Source: Spongospora subterranea f. sp. subterranea
Taxonomy: Eukaryota
DNA: 64,000 nt
Direction of reading: 5' to 3'
Assembly (NCBI GenBank): GCA_049724395.1
Contig: JAUGWO010000088.1
Span: forward strand, 1 to 64,000
The notes under the pieces are model-generated. The model was not told where the DNA came from. It searched no databases and saw only the letters and a list, made by a program, of their open reading frames with translations. Shown here in pieces: positions 9,231-24,753 of the stretch. The position numbers and the translations under genes are program-made. Positions within the stretch are counted from its first letter, which is position 1. Every line of letters starts with the position of its first letter.

Positions 9231-11845
9231 GTGGCAGTTTCACGTCATGGTCTTGAATTCTTCATCAAGGGATAGAACCAGCAGGCGATGTAGCATGTCG
9301 CTCTTGATGATGTCGCCCACCATGCTGGACTTGACCGTGTTCTCGGGCTTGATCGCCCTGCTGGAATCATCAAGGCATTGACGTGCACTTATGAGTATTT
9401 CTGAGCATTGCAGCCTGCGTGCCCCCAGCGTAATTTTCATTTTCCACAATTGCCAGTTTGAAGCGATTCAGCGTGCATGTGGTCAGGTTATTCCTGTAGT
9501 TCTCCATCTTTGGCGGGCTTGGCCCATTGTATTATGATGACTGAAGGGATGAGGAGTGCCTCAAGTATCGAGACAATATCGAAATGAAGGTTATTGAGAC
9601 AAACACGGGCTTCATATACCGAGGAGATCACGTGGCAGATAGATCGGCACAATAGTAGTCTGCGCGGTCACCTGATCTATCACTGATTTAGGCTCTACAT
9701 ACCAACGTCTGCTCCAAGGAGAGCATCATTGCTTCATTGTTTTCAAAGTAAATGTCCCTCTAATATTCATATGTTTATCAACAGATCAAATAATTGGAGT
9801 TCTTTCAAAGTGAAACCGTTTGTTCGGCTTACAGCATTAGGAGAGGCCTGGAATCATAACAGTCTTTTGCAAGTGCTCGTCAGTCTGGAAGGTGGAGTCC
9901 ATCACCTACTTCATTGACAAAATGGACATGCACCGTTCTGCTGAGTCTGAAAGTTGGCAACATCTTTGTTTTTGGTTCCTATGGAGTGCATGTGGCATTC
10001 GCCAGGAGGTAAACTCCAAATGTTGACACATCTTTCTTCTCATGGGGAATCCGCCGGGACGCAGAGGCCACGGCGGATGTCGTTAACGCCCGATTCCAAC
10101 TGCAGTAATTTTATGGAACAGCAACACACTTTGAGGCGCATCCGTCCGTAAACATTCGCCCTGACGGGTTATGGGAGCAGTGGATCCGGGTTTTGCCGAA
10201 TTAGCGACCACATGTGCCAGGACAGAAATTTCGTTTTACAAAACATCAAGGTGACTTGAATCAAGCCTGAACCTTCAATCCCTTGATAACGTGTGAAGAT
10301 CAGAATAAAGGAAGGAAATTTCCGATTTCCGCATGATTTTCGGCCCCAAAATTCGATTTTCAGAGTCTGAAAACCCGCCGCGATCTTGGCAAATGAGGTG
10401 TCAAACGTGAAAGTCAGAAAAAGCAGTCGCTCGATTTTGTCCCGGAAAGTAGGCGCCCTAATTTCGGCGACAACTTTTCGATTATCTGTAGATTTGCTGT
10501 TTTGACAACAATATGCCCCGAGTATGAGAGCGAGCTCAGCTGTTATCAGACATCGACAGTTTGCTGCGACTATCAGCGATGCAGCCACAGGTATCGGGAT
10601 TCTAATCCGAAACGCGTCGCGAAAAGCAAGCAGCATCTGTTCCTGGAACACGATGAAATCAATTTGAGGCTTTCACGAGGTCGCGCCGTTTCAGAGCCCG
10701 GGAACGGAATTTTCAAAGGTTTTCTACGATGTTCTGTGGCAATAGTTCATCTGACATGGAGGTTGCATGCGACTGGATTATCGCGGGCTGTGTTCGGCAT
10801 AAGATGACCAATCAACGATGTCGGACTGCTGATGATGATCCCCATTTTCCGATAAACCCAATGTAGAAGCAGTGTGCTGTTCTCATGTTCGAAACCTTGC
10901 GCCCCGTTGCTCAATGGCGCAAAGAATTCCAACAAAAAGTAATACACTTCTAGTGATAACACGCAAAATGGATTATGGAAAGGCCAATTCAGCTGTGATG
11001 TTAACACTTGGCAGGACTGCAATTAACGAGGCAATCATATTATGTTTTTTTGCAACCTTGGCGGCAAGTTGGGACGAATGTTGAAACTTTTGTTGTTCTA
11101 ATTCCAGTTTGCGCTCTTCCAATAGAGCCAAACGGTCCGTTTCGCTATCTTGAACCAAGGGCAAGGCGCTCTTAAATGACAATGTCCCGTTCTAGCTTTT
11201 CGCGATCAACTCTTAGTTGATCCTGATAACACCCACTTGAAAGCAAAAGAAAACGATCTCCAAGAACTCGGGCTTGGCAGTCTGACTTCGAGAAGTGTTC
11301 TTCGTTTTGGGGCCACAATAATGCAATGAACGGGGTGATGTCGCGATTTTCACCTAAAAAATCACATCCGGAGAAGAGTTTAGATAAGAATCGATTTCAG
11401 GCCACTCCAGCACTGTGGACCTTCATAGATGAGACTTTTGTAGTGGAGGCGTTGGCGATCGATAAGTTTCCCTTTGCTACTGTAGCTTTCGAATATCCTT
11501 CACCAATCTCGTACGTGGAACAGGTCCTGTAGTTTTATTCAGACAATGACACTGGTGAGGAAGTGGTCGGACAGGCAGGTGCAGATAATGGACTTGGCAG
11601 TCCCTATCACCTTTTTGCTCTTCCCTGCCTATGGGGGCCTCAAACGGTCGTTCGATGTAGGTTTAATTGACGGATTCATCGTGACCTTCTGTTGCCAGAG
11701 TAGTGTAGATAGTAGATCATAGGGGGTCATCTTGCGATCTAGGTTTGAGGATTGTCGGGCAAGTACCGACCGGGTATATAGTCAACGCCACGTCCAATCT
11801 AACTTAACAATCATATGATGACTTGTTTTTATTGTTTTATATCAG

Positions 11846-14800
11846 CTAATGAATGATATCGCATATACATTTATCGGCAGGTGCGTCTAGAGGAGTGCAT
11901 AATTTGAAGGGGGAATATGGCGATATTCTGATCGTGTTCAATATGCTGTAATGCGTGTCGAAGAAGTTTGATGGGATGATCGCATTTGGACGGTCCATCA
12001 GCACATGGACCTGGCCAGATCCCAATATATATCAGCGAGACATAGCGTTATATGTTGGATATCAACTGACGGTGGTTGTTGCCTGAACCTTATTCGATTT
12101 GAGATCCCTGACTACAAACCGCCATTCCCCATATGTTAGGAATGTCCACGCTGCAGATATCGTACTACGAGAGGATGTCCACTAGACCGAACAATATCAT
12201 GATCAGTACAGTCAACAGACACAGCCCAATAAAGGGGAACACTACTCCAGATTCTACAACTGTTGATTGTGAGAAAGGGATAGCTCCATCCTTATCGATA
12301 AACTCGAACAGGATCTCTCGTTTCGTTTTACCGCAGGTCGTCGCATTCCATCCCAACGATATATCTTCAAAACACACTATTAGATTGCGTTGATGAAAAT
12401 GATGGAACGAGGGCGATTATGGACATATGGATTCAGGCATTCCAATCATGATATTTTGGCGCGATCCTGATTGTGTTGATGCGTCATCGATCTGCAATAT
12501 TGTCACACATTGGTCGGCAGGATCACCATCCCCTGACGCCGTCCTATACATCATCTCAGATGCGCCATTTGAGGGGGAAATATGGGTCAGGGCACCACCA
12601 TGGCGTTATTGTCTGAATCTCAAACATGAACCTCTCTGGGTTGATCGCATCGCCCTCAATCGGTTGCGTATCGACCGTCACTTGAAACACGGAATGTTGT
12701 TCGCCTCGGTCAATGTCGGACACGGCTTTAACTTGCGACGATGATCGTATCTGTCGAACCGATATGACCCTGGCCAGCGCCAACTGATTGCACCCCTGAT
12801 CCCTCCATGGCAGTGTCTCCATATTCAGTCGTGTGATCATCTCATCCCCTGTTCACCATCATCATCAGCCGACCGATCCGACCCCGCTCTTCCCTTCCAA
12901 CCGATGATTCTCCATATCGTCTGATTGCTGTGCTCTTCCGTGTATATCGAGCAGCTGCACCGCACCGATGGGATCTCCTGCTCTTTACACGACCGGTCGG
13001 GCACCGATTGGAATAGCGATATACCGTCGGACAAGGCCGAGATCTGGTCCATATCTGGCCGGTACCCATCCTCATTGAACAACATCATATCGACCTGTTG
13101 TTGTAGTCCCCTCAATACAGATATTGCCAATAAACCTGTTCGATTACCAGAGTCGCATGAAGATCAAGTCCTGTGATCAATTTATGAGTGTTCTTTTGAT
13201 AGATCTCGTGCCCTATCTTGGTCAGGTGTCCATATAAATAAAGCGGGTAAGTTGTACTCGATTGTCAATGTGATCGTTTCCGATAATTTCCCATATCCTA
13301 CGGTTGTGCTAGGTAAGCAACACACGTTCCCCAGATACCCAATAGCGATCGACCTATTCCATGATCGCCCATCAGAATCACGGTTGTGTCTGACGTTATT
13401 GACGATAAGAACTCCTCGAGACCTTCATCAATTTGGGCAACTCTCCGGTATGTCCTTTCATGAGCCTCGTTGGTTTTCAGTACCGAAATCGTCGATTTAG
13501 ATAAGGCCTAACAGCGATGAGAATCGTGAGTATTCCTGGAACTAGACCCGATACGCGTCCTGAATGACCTTGTAGGTCTGTAGGAACTGTGATAGATACG
13601 ATAACAGATAGGTATGCATATGTTGACCAGCGTAGCAGATCTTGTTGATCGTCGACTCGCTGAAGAAATCCCTGACCTTCATCTGCTTCATGATCATGCA
13701 CATCACGTTCCCCAATGTGTGATCGGCCAGTTCGGTGAATCTGAACACCCAATAACGGTTCAGATCAACAGGTTCCCCAATATCCTATTTCATTTTTCAG
13801 ATTACGTCTTCATGAACGACTGCGCCTCGATCAGGGTCAGTGGTTCTTTCACTTTCCGCCTCACAATCCTTGCCATTGACCCGGTGTTCTTCACACACCC
13901 TTCTTCTATGAATCTGCCCAATTGCTTCCGTCAATTGATAGCGCCATGTCAGGTCAACGGGTCAGTTACGCTGTCGCATATCCCTTCATTGAATATCGGT
14001 CCAATATCGACAGATATGAGACGTTCTCTGTGGCTGAATAGTCCTTTGACGACATGCCGAACATCACCGGGGTGAAATTCAGTTTGGTGCCTTTCCCAAC
14101 AGCATTAAATCTGCAACAAATTCAGGGTGTGCCTGCAACATGTTAAAATGGCGTTGACCTTGTAAAATCGATTAATTCGTGGGTAGAACTGGCCATCATT
14201 GTCGATAGGGATCGAGGTAATGTTCGTATTGCGTGTTCTCGTGTTAGGGAATCGATCAGAAGTAAAACGATGTGTTTTGGGTTCGGTCGCGAAGGCGCTG
14301 TTGATGTTGGGCTGACACGAACATGGTAATCCCGGGTATGATCAGATGGACATCGCACGAATATGGACTGATCTTCGGGCGATAATCGTACAGGTGATGT
14401 CTGGGAACAGATTGAGCAGGTTCGGAGGGTGATTGAGGTGGTTTTAAAGCCGTACGAGCGGTTTGGATATTGAGATATTGATGGAATTAGCGGTATTGTA
14501 TATGAGATGGCCAGATGTGCAATGGCCCAACACAGGATGGAGATAATCCCCAACGACATAACTTGATCGTGCTCTGGCGCTGATATTACACCCCTCTAAT
14601 GGATATTGGTCGGGACTCAGCCAATCCTTATAGAACCGATCGTCGATATTATCTGGTATATGGATAGGACATGGACCATCTCGCAATTCCACCGTATTCT
14701 AAACAAACCCATCGTTGGTCGACTGTTCCCGTTCCAGTGTGTCAACTCCTTACCCATATGGATTCCGGCAATGGATGGTATCTGGCAGAATGAGGCTGAT

Positions 14801-14951
14801 CGAGGATAAGGGACTTGGAGAGAGGTTCCCGTTGGAGGGCGATGAACTGCAGGGACAGATGAGAGAATATGATGATGAATGTGCCGATGAATATAAACGG
14901 TAGTCCATAATGAACACCAGTACGATAGAGGTTCGATCGCGGCCCGGCCAT
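11846..14951 (-). CDS. DUF229-like protein (alkaline phosphatase/sulfatase superfamily), multi-exon, several apparent frameshifts
   Basis: N-terminal TM segment; HIVLLLIDSLTREHAIRTLP; FNAVGKGTKLN; CYAGQHMHTYLL; NEAHE...VILMGDHG; NTHKLITGLDLHATL; GISLFQSVPDRSC..IP...CSC; ends CTP...KCICDIIH*. Confidence 0.7.
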
Positions 14952-15264
14952 AGAAATTCAGGAAGATCGGCGACGGCCTGGGGGAATGGTATTGGGGATA
15001 TAAGTGATAGACGATAGATTGTGGCCAAAACGAGAGACAGAAACGACCAATGCCCGCGATAATCTGGACAGATAATACGATTGTCTGACGATCATTAATC
15101 GGTCAACTGTACTCTCGTGATCTGAACTGTTGCACAACCTCCATGAACCAACTTCAACGGCCACACAAGGACGATATCAGCGATCGGTTGGGACAGAGAG
15201 TGAGAACAACCCGAAATAGATATTGTGTATTACAATGGCGATACCCAAGTGACAGGTGATGGCG

Positions 15265-16942
<1,678 letters not shown>

Positions 16943-19349
16943 GATTGATTGGATGGTCGTGATATGCCGGTAATAACCGTATGGGGATATCGAATGGGAA
17001 TGGCCAGTAGATTATCCCCTGTCCAACCTGTATTGATTGTTCTGGGAGACGACAGCGGTAGTCCACCCTGATCTCACAGGATCTCACACAGGTTGTGATA
17101 CCCCAGTGAGTGTAGCTGTGTAGGTACATAGGTAGTGTTGGTTGGGCCAGTACCACACCCAGCAAACACTCTACAGTACATCAGTCTGTACACTACACCA
17201 GTGTGGGTGTAGACACTGGTAGTCCGCGCCATGTCCCGTGACTCCCGTCACAGTTACTGTTACTGGCACGGGAGCTAACTGTAACCCCTGTCGGTCAGTG
17301 TCACGACCATCCAAGAAGGTGCCAACGAGTGTTGGGTGTTGTGGCAATTGCCAATGATCATCATCAGATGAACCCCTCTTTTAACCAGTCATGAGGATAG
17401 CGTCTGGCGAGGCAACTCGCCTATCAAATGTGCACACTCAATTACGATATACTCCATAGACATTGGCCATCCAATGATGCATTGCCATATCTACGAATGT
17501 ATCGGTTGCTGTACAGAGAACGCCGCCGATGGTTTTTCATTAAAGATATGAGATAGTGACAAAGCCGCGATATTAACTCGATCGGTGAACCATTTGTTGT
17601 TGAACAATCAACCCATTTCGGTTCCGAAGCATTAATCTGCTGTGTGTTTATGAGGTGAGTTATTGCAGCACCTTTAAGCTGCCGAGTCGGCGTTTTACTA
17701 AAAACGTCGTCGTTAAGTCGAAGGACAATAAGATTCCACAAATTCTGCATCATTATCCCGAATACAATGCTAAACGAAACAAATATCATCGTCATTGCGC
17801 AAGTACATTACATCCCTACAGATGAATGAATACATTTATTCTATGAATCCAATGCCCTTCGATGTGTCCACAATGGTAGACATGGTTGACGAACTGGATT
17901 GCCCTAGCATTTGAACTGTATAACCTCGCCTATCATTAGGCCATTTTCTTCGGTACGAGCACCGTTTTTCGCAATCTCGATCAAGTTGCAGAATATGTGC
18001 AAACTTGTTCTGAAAGTTGTCCCTTGACCTGTAGCGATAGGTAAGTGACCGACTCGGCAGCTGGTCGCGTTATTCAATGGCACAAGCCACAGCATGTTCA
18101 ACGGCTCCATCGGAGTTGGATCTGATAACATGCTTTAAAGGACGCGATCCCCGTTTCCCACCAGCGCCCCTTCGAACTTTCATGCAATCCAACGACTTCT
18201 CTTTCACAGCAATACTTTGTGCTGGGCTGGGAGTCGGGATCAGCCTTATAATGCCCAGCGAGTTCTTTGAGGATTTCTTCTGAGGCAGACTGATATGCAT
18301 CATCTCTGTTTGTCGTGGAATATCCACCTCATCATTCTGTTCATCGCCCCCTCTGGAACCGTTCGGTGTTTGAATACATGAGGCGTATTGGCCGCGATCG
18401 TGAAGGAATTGATTGCGATAGACAACGTAATCCCCTTGTCTGTATCGATCATGCAATACCATCACCAAATCATGTTCACAGGACTGTTCTCGTTTAGGTA
18501 ATCTTTGGCAGGATTTAAAAGTGTTCTTTACGTCGATTGATATTTGGGTTTGCTGTCGTTGCCAGTGCGTTGAGGGCCCAATGGGACAACATTGATTGTG
18601 CTCATAAGGCATTATAGGTTTCTCACCGTCCATTGACAACACAATTATCACCAACTGCTGACAACCGTTTATAGCCGTTTCCGGTATCCATTGCAATCGC
18701 ATCGATTCAACAAATATGCTGCTCAATACTGTAATGGCTCAAATACCGGCTTTGAATCGTCTTGAAAACCAGATACCAAACCTGTTTTTAGGTTTTGGCA
18801 CTGCCATCAAACACTGCTTGTTAATTTCCTCAGCGACTACGTAAATTTGCCAAAATTTGTCTCAAAAACTGATTTGATGTTCTCGCGTACTCGTATTTCA
18901 TAGTTCATCGGCAGTGTCAGATATTGCAGCCCCCCGGGTTATAACTATTGAATTCTCCAATGCAGTTCCCATCCTGATCCATGCAACACTCCTTCGTCTT
19001 GGCCAATCAGACCACTCGACGGCTGATGTCTTCTGCATCTTTTGCGTCAAGTGCCATCCCCGTCTTCAGATATAACATCCCCCTGTGATGGTGACTACGA
19101 GCTCCTTCAAGGTCATTGCTCTTTCTAATGCAACTGCCGCCTTGACATCATTGAATCCCATCTCTTCCTGTAATCACGCCATTGATAAGTCACCTGCCAA
19201 ACCTTTCAAACGTAATTGCATCTACAAATTACAATTCCGACAACGTTGTCGGCAGCTATTAATGATCCCAATATGGCCAATATTGACGATAGGCGGCTAA
19301 TAAAGAGATGGAGTTTATTCGGTCACCGCCCCCATATTTTCTCATGCGG

Positions 19350-19680
19350 TTGCCACCGGGGAAGAAACCAGATTATTGACTGCAAATGGGTATTTACTGT
19401 TAAGGCGTATTCGTGTGTGTACTGTACATTAATAAAATAAAAGTACAGTTTTGGTGGTCAAAGGATTTTCTCAACGACCAGGAAGAGACTTCAATGATAT
19501 CTATCATGAACGGCACCTTCATCATATCTAATATACTCTACTGTCCGATGCTCAGTTCGGACAACGTCGTATTTAGGTTAAATTGACATCGTTGAGACTG
19601 ATTGGTGACAACTGTGAACCAGAAACCACAAGCACTTCAAGCATGTCTACAATCGTCTATGGCCAGAAACAATCTCTGAC
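19350..19680 (+). mobile_element. Ty1/copia reverse transcriptase remnant
   Basis: IIDCKWVFTVK, VVKGFSQRPGRDFNDIY and a degenerate VYGQKQS (LYGLKQS) motif. Confidence 0.7.
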
Positions 19681-19737
19681 GGGATGGGGCCGATTATCTT
19701 GATGATGTCAACGCACAACGTGGGGTGAAGGTGATGG

Positions 19738-20180
19738 GGCACGAGAATCATGTGTCAACGGTAATCGATCTCGCGATGACTAGCAGAACAACGACTGTGC
19801 CCATCACTGAGAGATACCTCTGAACAAGCGCGACGACTTGGCGAGGAAACAGTTGTGTGATAGTACTTTAATCGCATTCCTCGCTAAAATGGTCCAGAAC
19901 AAAGGATAATGCACATGATTTTGAATATGAAGCTCATGCTTTTCAATGAGTTATCCTTCGTTTTTGGACCACATATGGGATATTCAGGTTTGTTTGGCGA
20001 GAAATGCGACTCAAGTACTATCACGCGATAGTTCACGATATCAAAGCGGCGGTCAAGTATTTAAATGCTGTTCCTCGCCAAGTCGTCAGCGGTTGTTCAG
20101 AGGTGACTCTCAGTAATGGGCACAGTTGATCTGCTGGTCATCGCCAGGTCAATGATCAGTGACACAGAATCCTCGTGGCC
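19738..20180. repeat. Long imperfect inverted repeat (fold-back)
   Basis: Arm 19738-~19910 aligns by eye to the reverse complement of ~19950-20180 (CTGTGCCCAT.ACTGAGAG..ACCTCTGAACAA, GACGACTTGGCGAGGAA, GTGATAGTACTT, TGGTCCA.AAC.AAGGATAA). Confidence 0.85.
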
Positions 20181-23074
20181 TATGTTGTAGTGGGAATATG
20201 GTGACGTCGCTGTTGGATATTGGTGCTCGGGGTGCTCGACCAGCCCATCATATAGCGCTTGAATGTCATCAGTTCTGCTGAGTATATCAATCAATAATGT
20301 GGTCTTGTTGGAGTTCTAATATGTAATAGGCAGATCTTATGAAGGAGGACGATCCCGAATATATCAACACATTGGACGGTGATGGTGAACCCAGTTCAAC
20401 ATATCGTAATCGACAGCTCTGAACGACGGGCCGGTGATAAGTAACTTGGGTCAGCAATTATGATATCAATGGTGGAGTTTGTTCAGGGTGAGAATGGTGA
20501 AACTGCTGGTCAGGTATTTGGTGCCGATCCGAGTTATTGCGATCTGTCTAGTCGGTCAGCGATGTCCCTCGCAAAACATCGCAAAACAAGGAACTCGTCA
20601 ACGTTCGACACTCAATGTGAAGGATCGCGTTCATCGCTCGTGCAGTGCCGGTGTCTGGGATGATATCAACAGGATATGGCCAGGAATATGTGGGGGCTGC
20701 TTCCTCGATCATTATGACGACACAATCCTTGAGGATATCGAAGGACCTGACCAATAAGGTCTGGACAGCAAGTTCTAAGGGTCGCTGACGTTCATGATGT
20801 GGTCCCTGCATTTGTGATTGTGAAATCGCATATTCGCTAGTCCAAAATGCTTGACCGACTGGACCCTTTCATCAAACCGTCAGGATTAAAGGCGGCTGTG
20901 GGAAAACAGACTCCATGATAGCTCTTCCCCTCACAAATGAAGGTGCATGTCCTGCCCGGGTTCATCTGTTTTCAACGGTCGATACAATTAGGCTTCAGCT
21001 ATCACCACAAGTTCATGTTCGCTCGTCGCTACTACCGCCCTCTGTCACTAGCTCCGACCAGGTGAAAATAACTGGTTTTGCCCTGGAGTTGCGGAAGGTG
21101 TTCAAGCAGTCCCTGCTCGTATTACTGTCCCCTTCCTGGCGTTCTTTCCCTTGAAAAGGCACATTCGACAGGTGGCCATTTTGGGTGTTGGCCATGATGA
21201 TACTGATCAGGAATTCGGTCGTGAAAATGCCAGTTCGTTAACGTCGATGTGGAGTATAACTTTATCTATCAGTTGATTCGGCAATCGTTTGAATACTTTG
21301 CCTTCGATTCTGCAGTTAGGTTCTGTTAAGCGTGATCCAGATCTAGCAGGTCGGTGATCATCATCCCGATACTGCCTTGTTTGGCGATTCAGGGGGTCGG
21401 ATAGTGTTTTGACGGGGGCGGTGGTTTCGGCAAAGATGGCGTTGCCGATCGATGATGCGAATCGAAACAGAAACTAGAGTAGGATCAGCTGCGGAAACCT
21501 GGTCGACATTAAACAACTAAATGATTCTTACGCGGCTGGAAAAGGGAACATTGGATAATTTGGACAATAGGCGTGGGTATTTTGGGGCCATCTTCAACAC
21601 ATTACGATCAGTTATACATTTATGATCGAGCCAACCGAAGTTGATGGTTAAAAAAATAGGCGGGGTGGCGCCAATGATGGTTGTCATTTTTCGTTGTCCA
21701 CTCCGGCCATCGTGAGGATTTTCGACAAGTTCTATATGAGATAGTGTCTCAAATAATGTTCAGTTAGACGATCTCATCACGTGATCCAGGTCCAGGCACC
21801 TTCTCAGAAAGGAACCGGTGGGTCGGTGGCTAACCAGCGCAACGAAGACGACGTCAGGTTTGCCCGATGATCAGCGGGAAAGATGAAGAAAATGAGGCTG
21901 TGTGGGTGAGAGTTCCGCCCCCTCAGTAATATCGTATGACCCCAATTTTTCGAAAACGAATTGGTTCGTCACGTCTGTTCACCATTGCGAAGCTCAGTCT
22001 GTTCTGTGTCGAATCTGTTGAGCATTTCGTTGCCCAGACCTGCTTCACGCAATCACGATTCGTCAGCACCTTGTGTTGCGAAGAGCTGGGAAGAGATCGG
22101 GCCTAATTTCTGAATCACCAATGGAACATACAAATGCTCAAGACGTCGTTGTCGTGGATAAGCCGAGATGCGAATGATTTGCAGCTGCAGAGGATCTTGT
22201 CAATCGTCACTTATATCGTGACCCCAGAGACCTTGATCGTGAAGGAATCCAGCGACTAGGTCGTGTTATGATTGACGATCTACAGTATTTGCCCGATGAT
22301 CGTATCCACAATCCCAAGCGAGATGCTCAAACCCGCTGTGCCAGCTGGTTTCCCGAAGTGAGCTGGGCAGTGATGACGAAAGGCATCTGATCGGCGAACA
22401 AAGCGGTCGATAATGTTCTAGTGTGACAAGGATCGCCACCAACTTGAACATTTGCAACAGGGGCATGGCGAAGTCCATTTAGTTCGTGTCGGCAATCGGG
22501 AACAACAAAACAGACATCGACGTGCCTCTATTGCAAATGTTCAAGTTTGGGGTGGTCATGTGCAGTATTCAGTCATTAAACGTGCTGTAGGTAATATGTG
22601 GCGAGATCCCGCAACAGTAATCGTGATCGTCACGAATTTCATTGTCAAACTAGAACAGCTGGTTTTGAAAACAGTTTTCGAAGTCCATTTACCCCGGGAT
22701 GGAATTCGATGAAGCAATTCAAACAGGGTTGACGTCATTGTGTACGCATCACGTTCAAATTCGCCAGGCGCTAATTTATTTTGCTGGAGGCGGTGATTTC
22801 GCCATTTTCTTTCCAGATATGGCCGAACTGTTCCAGGTAAGAGAAAAATGTCGCACGCAACTGGTGACAAGCACTTGCTCACGACGAGCGCCATCGATTC
22901 CCTGGACTCCATTTTACTGGAATTTCACAGTAAAATGATAAATCAACAACCCAGCCGGGTAGCGCCAGGAGAAAAGGGGTTTGACTGACAGGGTTGACTC
23001 AGGGTCGGCGGCCTTCTTACAGTCATCGGTCAGCAGTCAAAGGGAACGCACAAGGTACACTGAAGATACTTTAA

Positions 23075-23263
23075 CATACAGTGGCTGCGGCCCTTTCATA
23101 CAGTGGCTGCGGCCCTTTCATACAGTGGCTGCGGCCCTTTCATACAGTGGCTGCAGCCCTTTCATACAGTGGCTGCGGCCCTTTCATACAGTGGCTGCGG
23201 CCCTTTCATACAGTGGCTGCAGCCCTTTCATACAGTGGCTGCGGCCCATTCATACTGTGGCTG
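23075..23263. repeat. Minisatellite, 22-bp unit CATACAGTGGCTGCGGCCCTTT x ~8.5
   Basis: Head-to-tail units with no spacers; G>A variant in units 4 and 7. Confidence 0.97.
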
Positions 23264-23375
23264 AACCAGGTCACTTATAATATCACTTAACCTTCAAAGG
23301 GCGTCCGGTCCAAGCGGCTTATTGTTCCGCCATAGCTGTCCTGCCCCTAGTTTGCATCGACCAGAAGCGCTCGCC

Positions 23376-24075
23376 ATGTGTCTCTTTCCTATGGGCGGGG
23401 GTGCACCCCAGCTTCTCATATCGCCCTCGCCGAAAGCGTTAGAACTGGCGTCACGATTCAAAATTATCCTCCTTATTCACGCCTTACTTTTGATTCCGAT
23501 GGTCGTTGCTGGAAATGCTATCTATAACATCATCAATCTCGTAGGAGTAGGTCTAGGGTAATCTTTCGCGGGTTTGTCTCTAAGAAATTACTTATCTGTT
23601 GGACTAGATACTGGGCTATTCGTAATCCAGATGGGTATGATGTGCAGAAGATTCCATGCTACGCCATTCTTTCTGCCTTCAATTGCTATCTTAACCTGTC
23701 AGATATCATCAGAGCGAGCTTGTTCATATCCAAATCTCCGAATTGGTACATGACAACATTAGTTGTATGCGTTTTTTTCTATGTGATCTCCATAGCGTCA
23801 TCGTTTTATAGGTTGTTGGACCATTTGCTGTTATAATCGGTGTTGTTGGCGTTATCGTAAGCAACGCTCTCTACAATGAGCTTCGAGAGCTGCTCAATCG
23901 TGACGGTCTTGGATCGGTCTTTGGAGGCCCTCCTCAAGCACCCGCACCTCAACAGCAGAGCTTTCCGCCTCCTGGCGATGCTTCTTACCACCCATCTGGC
24001 CGGCCAAGTGGAGCAGCACCATCTGGGTTCAAAGCATTTTCTGGTCAAGGGCATAAGCTCAATGGAAAAAAGTAA
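23376..24075 (+). CDS. Small multi-pass membrane protein with Pro/Gln-rich tail and C-terminal SHP-box-like motif
   Basis: About 3 exons with hydrophobic segments (IILLIHALLLIPMVV; CYAILSAFNCYL; FAVIIGVVGVIVS); ends GFKAFSGQGHKLNGKK*. Confidence 0.7.
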
Positions 24076-24705
24076 TGATTATGTATTTAATTTAAACCAT
24101 ATCGGTGTTAGCTTACTGTAATCATTATTTTCTGATCATGAGACTGATCTTGAGAAGTGGGTTTCTAACGTACACATATAAGATTTTGTGAAATTTTTGT
24201 CAATCGCAGAACAGTGCAGCATACTTTGACGACAGAAAGACAGCAATTCGTTATGGAGCTAAGAAGTTTATATAATGTGCATATGGCAATTATGTTGCTC
24301 TGTTCATGTTTAACTTTAACCCAACGACCGTGCCAGGGAGCCGTTGTCGAAAAGCTATTCCATTCCAGCAGCAGCCTTGAAATAAACGACACCTGGACAG
24401 AAACATCCCGTTATTAAAAAGGTGGTGCGATGGGCAAAATGAAACTTCTGTAATTGATCAGTGCTGTGATCGTGGACGAATCACAATTTTTTAGAAACCC
24501 GTTGTGTCAAAGGCCTTTTGTGGATGTTCGAGAAAACGGCATGCCTTCGTATCATTGCACTTATTGGATCGAAAGGCGGCGTTAATTTTCTCAATGAAAG
24601 ACATAAATGTCGGGATCAAACGACATTGAAACCCATGATATCTGGTCCGATATCGGACCGGAGTGATAATTCTCTGCATGATCGTGATGAACCTCCAATG
24701 GGACG

Positions 24706-24725
24706 GTGTGTGTGTGTGTGTGTGT
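24706..24725. repeat. (GT)n microsatellite
   Basis: About 10 GT units. Confidence 0.9.
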
Positions 24726-24753
24726 TGGCCGTGACGTTACTTACATCCGGCGA

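Noticed and set aside
9240..11800. Short ORFs, including coiled-coil LEERKLELEQQKF reminiscent of Harbinger accessory protein tails
   Set aside because: No diagnostic motif and many stops; probably decayed repeats but not assignable.
17440..19260. Coding-like minus-strand ORF fragments (e.g. 18070-18726)
   Set aside because: Frames are broken and no family is recognisable by eye.
23075..23263. Possible CRISPR array
   Set aside because: Units are contiguous with no unique spacers, there are no cas genes, and the context is eukaryotic.
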